Origin: Mariprofundaceae bacterium
GTDB taxonomy: Bacteria > Pseudomonadota > Zetaproteobacteria > Mariprofundales > Mariprofundaceae
NCBI GenBank assembly: GCA_015488375.1
Contig: WFNX01000079.1
Location: forward strand, 1 to 58,113
DNA: 58,113 nucleotides
Direction of reading: 5' to 3'
Part shown: positions 30,820 through 39,514 of the stretch, in pieces
Numbering within the stretch: position 1 is the first letter of the stretch
Layout of the letters: every line of letters begins with the position of its first letter
Notes under the pieces: model-generated
Told to the model about the DNA's origin: nothing
What the model saw: only the letters and a program-made list of their open reading frames with translations
Database searches by the model: none
Program-made: the position numbers and the translations under genes

Positions 30820-31815
30820 TCATGCCTCGCAGTCAAGATACTCCAGCACCAGTGCCAGCGCATGCACAACCGTTGCCGACTGAATTTCGGCCCGACCACC
30901 CCGGAAATGACAACAACGACTCAATGGCTCGCGGCCGGGCAAGGCCACAGCCAGCCATACCGTGCCGACGGGCTTCTTCCTGCTGCCGCCGCCAGGCCCT
31001 GCAATACCGCTGACGGCCACACAAACACAACCATCAGCACAACCACCTTTCGCCATTGCTTCAACAACTTCCTGACTGACCGCGCCATATTGCTCCAGCA
31101 GCATCGCCGGTACCTGCAACCACTGCTGTTTCAATGCATTGGCATAAACCACCATGCCACCGGCCAGCACATCAGAGGCGCCGGGCACACGCGCCATACG
31201 CGCGGCAATGGCCCCTGCCGTGCAGGATTCAGCCGTACGCAAACATAATCCGGCCTGCCGCAGGCAATCGCATAGCTGCTCCTCCGGCAACAGGCCGTCA
31301 TAATTCAGCACACGCCCCGCGACATCGGTGCCGGTGCATAATCCCGGTTCCAGTACATGTCCCTGTTCACCCAGCATCACAGGCCATGCACGACAACCCT
31401 GTTTTCCGGCAAAGAGAGCCAGCCATTGCTGACGCTGGCCAGCCAGATCACCCGGCGGCAACAGCAACGTCGGCCAGCGTTCAGTCTGGCGATAATAAAA
31501 CCAGCCGCAGCGCTGCGGATTTTCGAAGCAGACAGCATCCGCGCCCTTAACATGACGCCGGCCATCATCCCCCAGCATCAGACGCCTGCCATGTGCCAGT
31601 GCCGCCCGGCCCAGCTCTGCCTCGCCGGCAACCACGATCATCCACCCCGGCAACTGCTGCCATGCATCATCATGCAACCAGTGCCACGAGACATCATCCG
31701 CACCGGCGCTGCGCAACCAGGCGCTCAGCCAGCCCGTCGTCAGGCCGGAAGCGGTAAGCGCATCCATGGCCGTGCCGGAAAATACAAGATGGGCGGATAT
31801 GCGCATCATCAGCAC
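30820..31815 (-). CDS. CinA-family protein: C-terminal nicotinamide-nucleotide amidase (PncC-like) domain preceded by a divergent ~170-aa N-terminal domain
   Basis: The C-terminal half LRTAESCTAGAIAARMARVPGASDVLAGGMVVY...VSGIAGPGGG is the CinA/PncC signature. The N-terminal half lacks the GTELL and GGLGPT motifs but keeps a GW..(10)..LLLPPG block reminiscent of the CinA MoCF-like domain. The start overlaps the pgpA stop by 7 nt. Confidence 0.78.
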   Translation of the reverse strand: MLMMRISAHLVFSGTAMDALTASGLTTGWLSAWLRSAGADDVSWHWLHDDAWQQLPGWMIVVAGEAELGRAALAHGRRLMLGDDGRRHVKGADAVCFENPQRCGWFYYRQTERWPTLLLPPGDLAGQRQQWLALFAGKQGCRAWPVMLGEQGHVLEPGLCTGTDVAGRVLNYDGLLPEEQLCDCLRQAGLCLRTAESCTAGAIAARMARVPGASDVLAGGMVVYANALKQQWLQVPAMLLEQYGAVSQEVVEAMAKGGCADGCVCVAVSGIAGPGGGSRKKPVGTVWLAVALPGREPLSRCCHFRGGRAEIQSATVVHALALVLEYLDCEA

Positions 31816-32306
31816 GTAAAGAGCCGGAGCAGCAGCGCGACCAGCAAGCCGCCCAGCAAACCGGCCATGACATCATCGGCCATGATCGTCCACCAGGCCG
31901 GACCATTGCGCTCACACCATGCCACCGGCCCCGGTTTCCAGATATCAAACAAGCGAAATGCAGCAAATGACAACAGCCACAGGCACCATGAATCTCCTGC
32001 AATCACTAATGCCAGCGCAAGACAAAGCCAGAGCCCCACCCATTCATCAATCACGATCCAGCCGGGATCTTTATCCTGCTGCCCGGCCAGTATATCGGCA
32101 CACAGCCGACACCCCGCGCCCAGCAAAACCACACTGGCCAGCATCAGGCCTGCCAGCCCGAACCAATGGAGCAGAAGCCAGGCCGGCAACAGCGCCGCCA
32201 GCGTACCCCATGTACCGGGCATGGCCGGCAGCCAGCCACTGCCCAGACCGGCACACAGCCAATGTTTCCATGTCAGATTATTCGGCAAAATGATCGTATC
32301 CCGCAT
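31809..32306 (-). CDS. pgpA: Phosphatidylglycerophosphatase A
   Basis: GLGSGWLPAMPGTWGTL, IVIDEWVG and RLFDIWKP motifs. The start is trimmed to MRDTIIL (M104 of the track ORF), which overlaps the thiL 3' end by 29 nt. Confidence 0.87.
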   Translation of the reverse strand: MRDTIILPNNLTWKHWLCAGLGSGWLPAMPGTWGTLAALLPAWLLLHWFGLAGLMLASVVLLGAGCRLCADILAGQQDKDPGWIVIDEWVGLWLCLALALVIAGDSWCLWLLSFAAFRLFDIWKPGPVAWCERNGPAWWTIMADDVMAGLLGGLLVALLLRLFTC

Positions 32307-33216
32307 CAACGGATTCAATAATCCGCCCATCGCAATAAACCTGCACCGTACCCTCCTCTCCCCGGCTAAGACTACGGCCAATCGGCACGGCAATACCCTC
32401 AAGAGCGGGCAAGTCCTTCGGCGCCGCAAACAGCAGGGCGTAATCCTCCCCTCCGCCCAGGGCAAGTTCGGCAGCACGTTCCCCGGCCTGTTGCCGCAAC
32501 AGATTCCACGCCGGCAAGGCATCCAGATGCAGCTCAAGTGCCACACGGGAAGCCCTGGCAAGATGCCCGGCATCCTGCAGCAAACCATCGCTGATATCGA
32601 TGCAGCTGCGCACACCTGCCTCCCGCAAACGTTTGCCTGCGTACAGAAGAGGCTGAATATTCACAAAGGCATCCACACCGGCGCTGTTCCGCTCTCCCTG
32701 CAGCCATTGCTGTAAACCGAGCGCGGCAAAGCCCACCCGACCGCATAGCCATAAACATTGCCCGGCCCTGACCTGATCCCGGCGCATGGCAGTCCCCGCC
32801 GGCAGATAACCGGCCACGGTAACGCTGATGCTGTTAACCGGCCCGTGCACCGTATCGCCGCCGGCAAGCATTACGCCGAACGTCTCAAGCGCATGCGTTA
32901 CCCCTTCGGCCATGGCATGCACCTGCTGACGCCCGCTGCAGATAACATTCAGCCAGGCACACACAGCTTCCGCACCCATGGCCGCCAGATCTGACAGGGC
33001 ACTTGCCACGGCTCTTTTCCCGGCCGTTTGCAACGGCATATCCTCCGGCCAGTGCACGCCCTGAACAGACGTATCCGTGCTTACAACCCATTCCTGGCCA
33101 GCCGGCAAGGCATGAATCGAGGCATCATCGCCGATACCCAGCAACACGGATGGATGCCGTACCTGAGCTTTCCCGGCAAAACAGTGTTGTATCAGCTCGA
33201 ACTCACCCTCACGCAT
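32278..33216 (-). CDS. thiL: Thiamine-monophosphate kinase
   Basis: MREGEFELIQHCF...GIGDDASI matches the remembered ThiL N-terminus (GEFSLI...GIGDD). The start is M54 of the track ORF. Confidence 0.92.
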   Translation of the reverse strand: MREGEFELIQHCFAGKAQVRHPSVLLGIGDDASIHALPAGQEWVVSTDTSVQGVHWPEDMPLQTAGKRAVASALSDLAAMGAEAVCAWLNVICSGRQQVHAMAEGVTHALETFGVMLAGGDTVHGPVNSISVTVAGYLPAGTAMRRDQVRAGQCLWLCGRVGFAALGLQQWLQGERNSAGVDAFVNIQPLLYAGKRLREAGVRSCIDISDGLLQDAGHLARASRVALELHLDALPAWNLLRQQAGERAAELALGGGEDYALLFAAPKDLPALEGIAVPIGRSLSRGEEGTVQVYCDGRIIESVDAGYDHFAE

Positions 33217-33265
33217 GGGCGTATAGTGGTCTAGAATGATAAAAAGAACCAGTCGGGAGTCTGCG

Positions 33266-33814
33266 ATGTCCGGCATGAGCTGCATACAAAATGATATTAC
33301 CACCTTGCGTGTCGATGCCATCGTCAATGCCGCCAATCCATCATTATCAGGCGGTGGCGGTGTCGATGGTGCCATTCATCGCGCCGCAGGTCCAAAGCTG
33401 CCGGAAGCATGCCGCAAACAGGCTCCGTGCCCTGCGGGTGAAGCACGCATCACGCCGGCTTTCCGCCTGCCCGCCAAATGGATTATTCATACGGTTGGCC
33501 CGGTCTGGCACGGCGGAACCCGGCACGAAACAGAGCAACTGGCAAACTGTTATCGCAACAGCCTGCATCTTGCCCGGCAACACGCCGTCAGCAGCATCGC
33601 CTTCCCTGCCATTTCCACCGGCATTTATGGTTTTCCGAACCCCCTGGCCGCGGATATTGCCGTTCAAACCTGCCGGGATTTCCTGCAACAATACCACTCA
33701 CCGGATCATATTATCTTTGTCTGTTTCGATCCCCAAACCCTGTCCCTGTACAAACAAGCGCTGCATCGCTTCACGAAGACAGAAACCCCTGCAGCCCCAG
33801 GGCAACAAAAATAA
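33266..33814 (+). CDS. ymdB: Macro-domain protein (O-acetyl-ADP-ribose deacetylase, YmdB-like)
   Basis: DAIVNAANPSLSGGGGVDGAIHRAAG and AFPAISTGIYGFP motifs. The start is set to the ATG 6 nt after GGGAG (M11 of the track ORF). TAGAAT at 33232..33237 is a plausible -10 element. Confidence 0.87.
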   Translation: MSGMSCIQNDITTLRVDAIVNAANPSLSGGGGVDGAIHRAAGPKLPEACRKQAPCPAGEARITPAFRLPAKWIIHTVGPVWHGGTRHETEQLANCYRNSLHLARQHAVSSIAFPAISTGIYGFPNPLAADIAVQTCRDFLQQYHSPDHIIFVCFDPQTLSLYKQALHRFTKTETPAAPGQQK

Positions 33815-33983
33815 TGGCCGCCATCAGCGCGCCGATCGTACCGATCAACGCCCAGAACATTGAACGCCAGTCATGATCATGCAAGGCATCCAGCAGGTTT
33901 CTGCCTGCCATCCAGCTCACGGCAAAAAGCCCCAGACTCATAAGCAGCCAGAATCCGCCGTTTAATTGATGCGCCGCATCCAT
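33771..33983 (-). CDS. Hypothetical small membrane protein (2 TM, ~70 aa)
   Basis: Two hydrophobic helices (GGFWLLMSLGLFAVSWMAG and MFWALIGTIGALMAAIIFVALGL) and a GGTGGTGGG SD-like run 3 nt before the ATG. The 3' end overlaps the convergent macro gene by 44 nt. The track start at 34001 is a TTG. Confidence 0.4.
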   Translation of the reverse strand: MDAAHQLNGGFWLLMSLGLFAVSWMAGRNLLDALHDHDWRSMFWALIGTIGALMAAIIFVALGLQGFLSS

Positions 33984-34043
33984 AACCCACCACCTTTGCA
34001 AAACATACGATCACTCACCATATCGGTATTGGCACATGACGAC

Positions 34044-34079
34044 AAATAAAAAAGGCACCTGCGCGTTGCAGGTGCCTTT
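34044..34079 (-). terminator. Rho-independent terminator after the small OMP gene
   Basis: A perfect 12-bp stem AAAGGCACCTGC / GCAGGTGCCTTT with a 5-nt loop, followed on the minus strand by TTTTTTATTT. Confidence 0.85.
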
Positions 34080-34099
34080 CAAGCCATGCCGCCAATCCG

Positions 34100-34693
34100 T
34101 CAGAATGCGTAATTCAATGTGCCAACGGCACTCCAGAGACGGGCCTTAGCGTTTGGCCCAACCGTTACATCCTTCCAGTATTGCGCCCATTCCGCACCTA
34201 TGGACAGATTATCATCCAGTGAGAGTTCTCCGCCTATACCATAACTGAAACCTGTTTTGGTCGCCGAGACACTGGAAGAAAAACCTAATACCGAAGCTGT
34301 TGCTTCAAGCTTTGCCGTGGTGCCTCCGAGCAGGCCATAGATCCTGAAATCCGGTGTAATCGGATATTGAGGCTTGGCCAGATAGGAAATAATATATTTT
34401 GCCTGCAGTTTCGTCGTAAAGGACAGCGGCACACCCAGCGTACCCGCCGCATTGGTCTGTGAACCTGAACCCGTTGTGCCAAAGCGCAATTCGGCACCCA
34501 GATAATCATTGAAATCCGCACCCACCTTGATATAGCCACCGAATACCGTGCTTTTCTGACTGAACCCGGGTTCACTTTCCTCCAGGCCAAAGGCACCCAA
34601 GCCAATACCGGCATAAGACCTGAAGTCCTGCGCCTGGGCAATGCCAACCATTGCAAGCCATAATGCCATCACTGTTATCAAACGTTTCATCAT
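34100..34693 (-). CDS. Small outer-membrane beta-barrel protein (OmpA-barrel/OmpW-like porin family)
   Basis: Signal peptide ...IAQA, Gly/aromatic-rich alternating strands, a C-terminal ...LNYAF, and a strong terminator downstream. Confidence 0.75.
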   Translation of the reverse strand: MMKRLITVMALWLAMVGIAQAQDFRSYAGIGLGAFGLEESEPGFSQKSTVFGGYIKVGADFNDYLGAELRFGTTGSGSQTNAAGTLGVPLSFTTKLQAKYIISYLAKPQYPITPDFRIYGLLGGTTAKLEATASVLGFSSSVSATKTGFSYGIGGELSLDDNLSIGAEWAQYWKDVTVGPNAKARLWSAVGTLNYAF

Positions 34694-34753
34694 TCAACCT
34701 CCTGCTCCCGGAATAGTAGAAAGCTATCCGATTCGACAGCTCGAGGCAATCCC

Positions 34754-34783
34754 GTCATGTGGGCGACTGTCATGTGGGCGACA
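34754..34783. repeat. Tandem 15-bp direct repeat (GTCATGTGGGCGACT / GTCATGTGGGCGACA)
   Basis: Read directly; 14 of 15 positions are identical. It lies in the 108-nt gap between the kinase stop and the OMP start. Confidence 0.9.
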
Positions 34784-34801
34784 CGACCGAACATGCGCGT
34801 G

Positions 34802-35785
34802 TTATCCGGCAAGTTCGCGCAGGACATCCCGCACGATTTTCCGCAAGCGGGCATTGACCTTCCGATGATCAGGCATCCAGCCCTGCAGAAAACGATAAAA
34901 GTCCGCATGGGCCAGTGGCAGCATGCGTCGCCATTCCGCTTCCAGCGCCGCAACATCGCCGGTGTATCCGTAGTGTTCCAGCGCTCGTCGCAGACATGAA
35001 AAATAATGCTCGACCAACATCGGCTCATCCTGATCCTGTGCCGCTTCAGGCAGACAGCCTCCGAGAAAATAAGCCACATCTTTCATGCCACAGCCGCCAC
35101 CGACATACTGAAAATCCACGGCGGCCACAGAGCGGCCATCGTCGGTAAAGCAGAAATTGGCCGCTTTCGCATCGCCATGCACAAGGCTTTGAAAATGACA
35201 ACCGGATAACAACGCATCGATAACCGGCGCGGCTTCGCGCAGGGCATCATCATTCATGGCCGCCAGTTCATCCGGTCGTGTGGCCAGATGCCAGTAACTT
35301 CCTGTCGGCCACAAACCAACAGGCTCCTCATGCATAAAACGGGCATGGAAATACGCCAGCCAGTGCAGGCATACCTTAATCTGTTCGCGCTCCAGCCATG
35401 CAATGCGCCGGCTGAAACCGCCCGCATCCAGATCCTCCAGCAATATCAGTTGCTCATCACCCCGCGTTTCAGCACTGAAGCAACGCGCGACGCGGCAGTG
35501 TCTGTCACATTGGTCGGCATAGTTACGGTACCAGTGCATTTCCACTGCATAGGAGCGTAGCTTGCGGGCATGCGCATGATCGCTGTGCCAGCCACGCGGG
35601 TGATCCACGGTATCGGGTATGCGCACATGCTTGACGACAATACTGCCCACGGCTGTTCCCTGCACATGGTAACGCACAATTTCGCCGTAACCGCTCCATA
35701 GCGACTGAATCACCTCACCGCGACATACCCCTGCCGCTCCTGTCGCCTGCATAATCAGCTTTTGCAGCTCCGCTTCCTGCATCAT
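34802..35785 (-). CDS. APH-fold phosphotransferase / kinase (ecdysteroid-kinase-like family), substrate unknown
   Basis: Brenner motif HGDAKAANF and the DFG-equivalent VDFQYVGGG. It has an ATGA overlap with the upstream ABC-F gene. Confidence 0.72.
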   Translation of the reverse strand: MMQEAELQKLIMQATGAAGVCRGEVIQSLWSGYGEIVRYHVQGTAVGSIVVKHVRIPDTVDHPRGWHSDHAHARKLRSYAVEMHWYRNYADQCDRHCRVARCFSAETRGDEQLILLEDLDAGGFSRRIAWLEREQIKVCLHWLAYFHARFMHEEPVGLWPTGSYWHLATRPDELAAMNDDALREAAPVIDALLSGCHFQSLVHGDAKAANFCFTDDGRSVAAVDFQYVGGGCGMKDVAYFLGGCLPEAAQDQDEPMLVEHYFSCLRRALEHYGYTGDVAALEAEWRRMLPLAHADFYRFLQGWMPDHRKVNARLRKIVRDVLRELAG

Positions 35786-37659
35786 TTGCCTTCCAGCATC
35801 TCACCGGCTTTCAGCCAGGCTTCTTCCGCCTGCTCGATGTCCGCTGCAAGTTGCGCATGCTCGCGCGTAAGCTCCGTCATGCGTTGCCGGTTCACCGCTT
35901 CATAGATCGCCGGATCGGCCAGTTCGGCGGCCACAACCTCCCTGCGTTGCAGCAAGCGCTCCAGTTCACGCTCACGCGCCTCAAACTGCTTCTGCAAAGG
36001 TTTCCTGCGCCTGCGCTGTTCCGCCTGTGCACGGCGCAGCGCCTTTCGGTCCGGCGCTTTTTCGCCGCTATCGTCCGCTCCGACCACCCGCCGCCGCTCA
36101 CCTAGCCAGCGTGCATAATCTTCCAGATCGCCGTCATAAGGATGCAGCCCGCCATCGGCGACAAGCAGGAAGCGATCGCAGACCGTACGCAGTAAATGGC
36201 GGTCATGGGAAACCAGCACCATGGCCCCGGCAAATGTCTGCAGGGCCATGCCCAGGGCGTGACGCATATCCAGATCCAGGTGATTGGTCGGCTCATCGAG
36301 CAGCAACAGATTGGGCTGCCGCCAGACCAGCAAGGCCAGCACCAGGCGTGCCTTTTCGCCACCGGAAAAGCATTGAACCGGCGTTGTCGCCATCTCATCG
36401 CGGAAGGCAAAGCCTCCGAGATACGATCTCAGGCGGGATTCCGCGGCATCCGGATCAAGCTGTTGCAAATGCTGCAGCGGCGAGCACGTATCCTGCAACT
36501 GCTCCATCTGATGTTGCGCAAAATATCCGATGCGCAGTTCCGACGATGCCTCGTAATCCCCGGCCAGGGGGGAGAGTTCGCCGGCCAGCAATTTCATCAG
36601 CGTCGATTTACCCGCCCCATTGGCTCCCAAAAGGCCAATCCGGTCCCCCGGCAACAGGCCAAGGTTCAGGTTCGTCAGAATGCGCGTGTCGCCGTAGCCC
36701 GCCGCCACATGCTGCAGGCGCAACAGCGGGTTGGGCATATGCCCCGGCTCGCGAAAGCGGAAATGAAACGGCGAATCCACATGAGCCGGCGCGATGCGCT
36801 GCATGCGCTCCAGCGCCTTGAGGCGGCTCTGCGCCTGTCGCGCCTTGGTCGCCTTGGCGCGGAATCGTTCGACAAACTGCTGCATATGCGCGATCTCGCG
36901 TTGCTGTTTGACATAGGCCTGCTGTTGTTTCGCCAGTTTCATCGCACGCATCGCTTCAAACGCGCTGTAGTTGCCGCTGTAGCAGGTGATGCGTTGATGT
37001 TCGATATGGGCAATGGTCTGCACGCAACGGTCGAGAAAGTCGCGGTCATGCGAAATCAGCAACAGGGTGCCGCGATACTGCTGCAGCCAGCCCTCCAGCC
37101 AGATCACGGCATCCAGATCCAGGTGATTGGTCGGCTCATCGAGCAACAGCAGATCCGAACGGCACATCAGCGCCTGTGCCAGATTCAGGCGCATGCGCCA
37201 ACCACCGGAAAACGCGTTCACCGCCCGGTCATGTGTATCGGCGGCAAAGCCCAGGCCATACAACAGGCGGGCCGCGCGCGCCTGCGCCGTATAGCCGTCA
37301 ATATCATCCAGACGCTGATGCAGCAGTGCGGCCTTTGCGCCGTCCTTGTCCTGCTCGGCCCGGGCCAGCTCCTGCTGCAAGGCAAACAGTTCGCGATCAC
37401 CCTGCATCACATAATCGATGGCCGACATCGTGCCGGTCGGCGTATGCTGCGCCACATGGGCGATAACCGTGCGCGGAGCAAGCGCGAAGCGCCCGGCATC
37501 CTCCTCGATCTCGCCGCGAATCAATGCAAACAGCGAAGACTTGCCGCATCCGTTGGCACCGGTCAGGCCAACATGCTGACCGTGATGAATCCTGAAGCTG
37601 GCATCGCGAAACAGCAGGCGCGGGCCACGCCGCAGCGAAACCGCTTCAAAGTTCAGCAT
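35782..37659 (-). CDS. yheS: ABC-F family ATPase, YheS-like (translation factor type, no TM domain)
   Basis: Two Walker A motifs ([18 protein letters not shown]), two LSGG-type signatures ([16 protein letters not shown]), an inter-domain linker and a C-terminal coiled coil. Long blocks match the remembered E. coli YheS. Confidence 0.9.
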   Translation of the reverse strand: MLNFEAVSLRRGPRLLFRDASFRIHHGQHVGLTGANGCGKSSLFALIRGEIEEDAGRFALAPRTVIAHVAQHTPTGTMSAIDYVMQGDRELFALQQELARAEQDKDGAKAALLHQRLDDIDGYTAQARAARLLYGLGFAADTHDRAVNAFSGGWRMRLNLAQALMCRSDLLLLDEPTNHLDLDAVIWLEGWLQQYRGTLLLISHDRDFLDRCVQTIAHIEHQRITCYSGNYSAFEAMRAMKLAKQQQAYVKQQREIAHMQQFVERFRAKATKARQAQSRLKALERMQRIAPAHVDSPFHFRFREPGHMPNPLLRLQHVAAGYGDTRILTNLNLGLLPGDRIGLLGANGAGKSTLMKLLAGELSPLAGDYEASSELRIGYFAQHQMEQLQDTCSPLQHLQQLDPDAAESRLRSYLGGFAFRDEMATTPVQCFSGGEKARLVLALLVWRQPNLLLLDEPTNHLDLDMRHALGMALQTFAGAMVLVSHDRHLLRTVCDRFLLVADGGLHPYDGDLEDYARWLGERRRVVGADDSGEKAPDRKALRRAQAEQRRRRKPLQKQFEARERELERLLQRREVVAAELADPAIYEAVNRQRMTELTREHAQLAADIEQAEEAWLKAGEMLEGK

Positions 37660-38564
37660 TATGCGCCCGTCTGATCCAGCGCCTGCAGCAAAGCCGGAAT
37701 CAGGGTCGCAAACTCCGCACCCATGATGGCGAAATCGGCATCAAAGCGCGAACGCGCATCATCGCCCCCTTCGGCGGCCTCGTCGATCAGTTCGGACTCG
37801 AAGCGAATGCCATGCAGGGAGAGATCCTCATGCAGGGTAAAGGAAACCTTTTGCTGCCAGTTCATGGCCAGACGCTGCACATACCTGCCGGCCGCCACAT
37901 GGGCACGCACCTCATCGCTGGCAATATCCACATGCCGGCAACGAATCACGGCCGCCGCATCGCCTGAGGCACGCAATTCGCAGGCATCCTCAATCTCAAA
38001 ATCCGCCGGCAATGCGTCATCATCCAGCAGCCAGCGCGTCATGGCCGACTCCGGCGAGACTTCGGTTTGCGGCAAGACCACGGGAAGGCTGAGAATGCTC
38101 TTGCGCAACAGGGCCAGCAATGACTCCGCTTTTTTGGCTGAGGCCGCATTAACCACCAGCCAGCCGGCCCGCGCATCGATATAGGCCCAGGTATGCGTCG
38201 CCCGAACCAGAGCCCGTGGCAACAACTCCTGCAACAGCTGATCGCGCAGATCCGAGCGTTCCTTGCGCGCCACCGGACGCCCGGCCTTCTGCTCGATTTC
38301 AAACACTTTCTCTTCCAGCAATTCGCGGATCAACGAAGGCGGCAACACCTTCTCCTCGCGCCGCAGGCAGATCATCTGCCGCCCATCGGTTTCATGCACC
38401 AGCATCTGCCCTTCCAGCCCCAGCGGCCTGGCCCATCCCTCGCATGCCGTTTCCATCTGCCCGCAGGGCCTGGCCTGACGTTTCTGCAAGGCTTCGTGCA
38501 ACTGCTGCGCCGTCATCGTAAACGGCTCCTCAAAACGGTAAAAATGGATATTTCTGAACCACAT
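37659..38564 (-). CDS. rdgC: Recombination-associated protein RdgC
   Basis: MWFRNIHFYRF is the canonical RdgC start (M13 of the track ORF); about 300 aa. The stop overlaps the yheS start by 1 nt (TAATG). Confidence 0.9.
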   Translation of the reverse strand: MWFRNIHFYRFEEPFTMTAQQLHEALQKRQARPCGQMETACEGWARPLGLEGQMLVHETDGRQMICLRREEKVLPPSLIRELLEEKVFEIEQKAGRPVARKERSDLRDQLLQELLPRALVRATHTWAYIDARAGWLVVNAASAKKAESLLALLRKSILSLPVVLPQTEVSPESAMTRWLLDDDALPADFEIEDACELRASGDAAAVIRCRHVDIASDEVRAHVAAGRYVQRLAMNWQQKVSFTLHEDLSLHGIRFESELIDEAAEGGDDARSRFDADFAIMGAEFATLIPALLQALDQTGA

Positions 38565-38638
38565 CATATTTTCCTGTGAACCGGATTGACGCTCCAGCAT
38601 CTGTTCGGGCGCGCAATGTACCTGTTACCGGCGGCGAC

Positions 38639-39514
38639 TCAACCCCGCATCCGCCCGCCGCTCCGCCAGACACGACGCAGACGAATGCCATCCTCATGCA
38701 GAGTGATTTTTCTGCGCTTGTACAACGCCCCGACGGCCTTCTTGAACTGTCCCTTGCTGATAGCGAACAGCCGATCAATTGCATCGGGCGGACTCTTGTC
38801 CGTCAGCGGCAAAAAGCCCTCATGCGCTGCCAGATAGTCCAGCAGCATATCGGCTGCATCACGCGTTTTTTCCGATGGCAGGCGATGCAGGCAAAGATCG
38901 ATTTTTCCATCCGGCCTGATGCGGCGAATAAACCCGCATATGCGTTCGCCGATGGCCGGCTCCCGCAACTGTTCCTGCCGGTGCAAAAGCCCCCAATGTG
39001 AGCCGTTGACAATCATTTTCACACCCAGCGGGGTTTTGCCGGCAGCAATCAGCGAGACCGCCTCGCCTTCCTCAAAATCACCCTCACTGGCGTCAAACAG
39101 GAACTGATCCAGCCGCGACGAAGCAACGATACGTTCACTGGCCTCATCCACATAAACAGCAACCAGATAATATTCACCCTGCTGCATTTTCTGTTGCTGC
39201 TCTGCAAAGGGTACCAGCAGATCTTTCGGCAAACCCCAGTCCAGGAATGCCCCGGCCCTGCTCACCGCCACAACCTGCAACAAGGCGAAATCACCAACCA
39301 TGGCTTTCGGCTGCTCTGTCATGGCGATTATCCGATCCTCGGAATCAAAACAGACAAAGACCTCCAGAACATCGCCGATATCCGCGCCCGACGGCACATA
39401 GCGCATCGGCAGCAGGATATCCCCCCATCTTTCGTCACCCTCAAGGTAGACCCCGAAATCCACCTTTCTCAGCACCCTCAGCCGGTTCATTGTACCGATT
39501 TGTATCATGTCCAT
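38639..39514 (-). CDS. S1-like RNA-binding domain protein (CvfB/YitL family)
   Basis: Repeated S1-like modules (LRVLRKVDFGVYLEGD..., FALLQVVAVSRAGAFLDWG...), a C-terminal winged-helix-like tail and a size of about 290 aa. The ATG directly follows the dinB TAA stop. Confidence 0.8.
   Translation of the reverse strand: MDMIQIGTMNRLRVLRKVDFGVYLEGDERWGDILLPMRYVPSGADIGDVLEVFVCFDSEDRIIAMTEQPKAMVGDFALLQVVAVSRAGAFLDWGLPKDLLVPFAEQQQKMQQGEYYLVAVYVDEASERIVASSRLDQFLFDASEGDFEEGEAVSLIAAGKTPLGVKMIVNGSHWGLLHRQEQLREPAIGERICGFIRRIRPDGKIDLCLHRLPSEKTRDAADMLLDYLAAHEGFLPLTDKSPPDAIDRLFAISKGQFKKAVGALYKRRKITLHEDGIRLRRVWRSGGRMRG

Noticed and set aside
33266-33814. The macro-domain protein as a DarG-like antitoxin or defence component.
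   Set aside because: It is a ~180-aa stand-alone YmdB-type macro domain. No DarT-like ADP-ribosyltransferase or other partner gene is adjacent; the neighbours are thiL and a tiny membrane ORF.
34690-35079. A 129-aa minus-strand ORF overlapping the 3' end of the kinase gene and the OMP upstream gap.
   Set aside because: It is out of frame with, and almost entirely inside, the well-supported kinase CDS. It has no SD and no recognisable motifs, and its existence partly reflects the tandem repeat at 34754.
36268-37146. A 36-nt near-identical repeat (ATCCAGATCCAGGTGATTGGTCGGCTCATCGAGCA) at 36268..36303 and 37111..37146.
   Set aside because: Both copies encode the Walker-B/D-loop block [13 protein letters not shown] of the two ABC domains of the same ABC-F gene. 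This is an internal domain duplication, possibly homogenised, and not a mobile or regulatory repeat.
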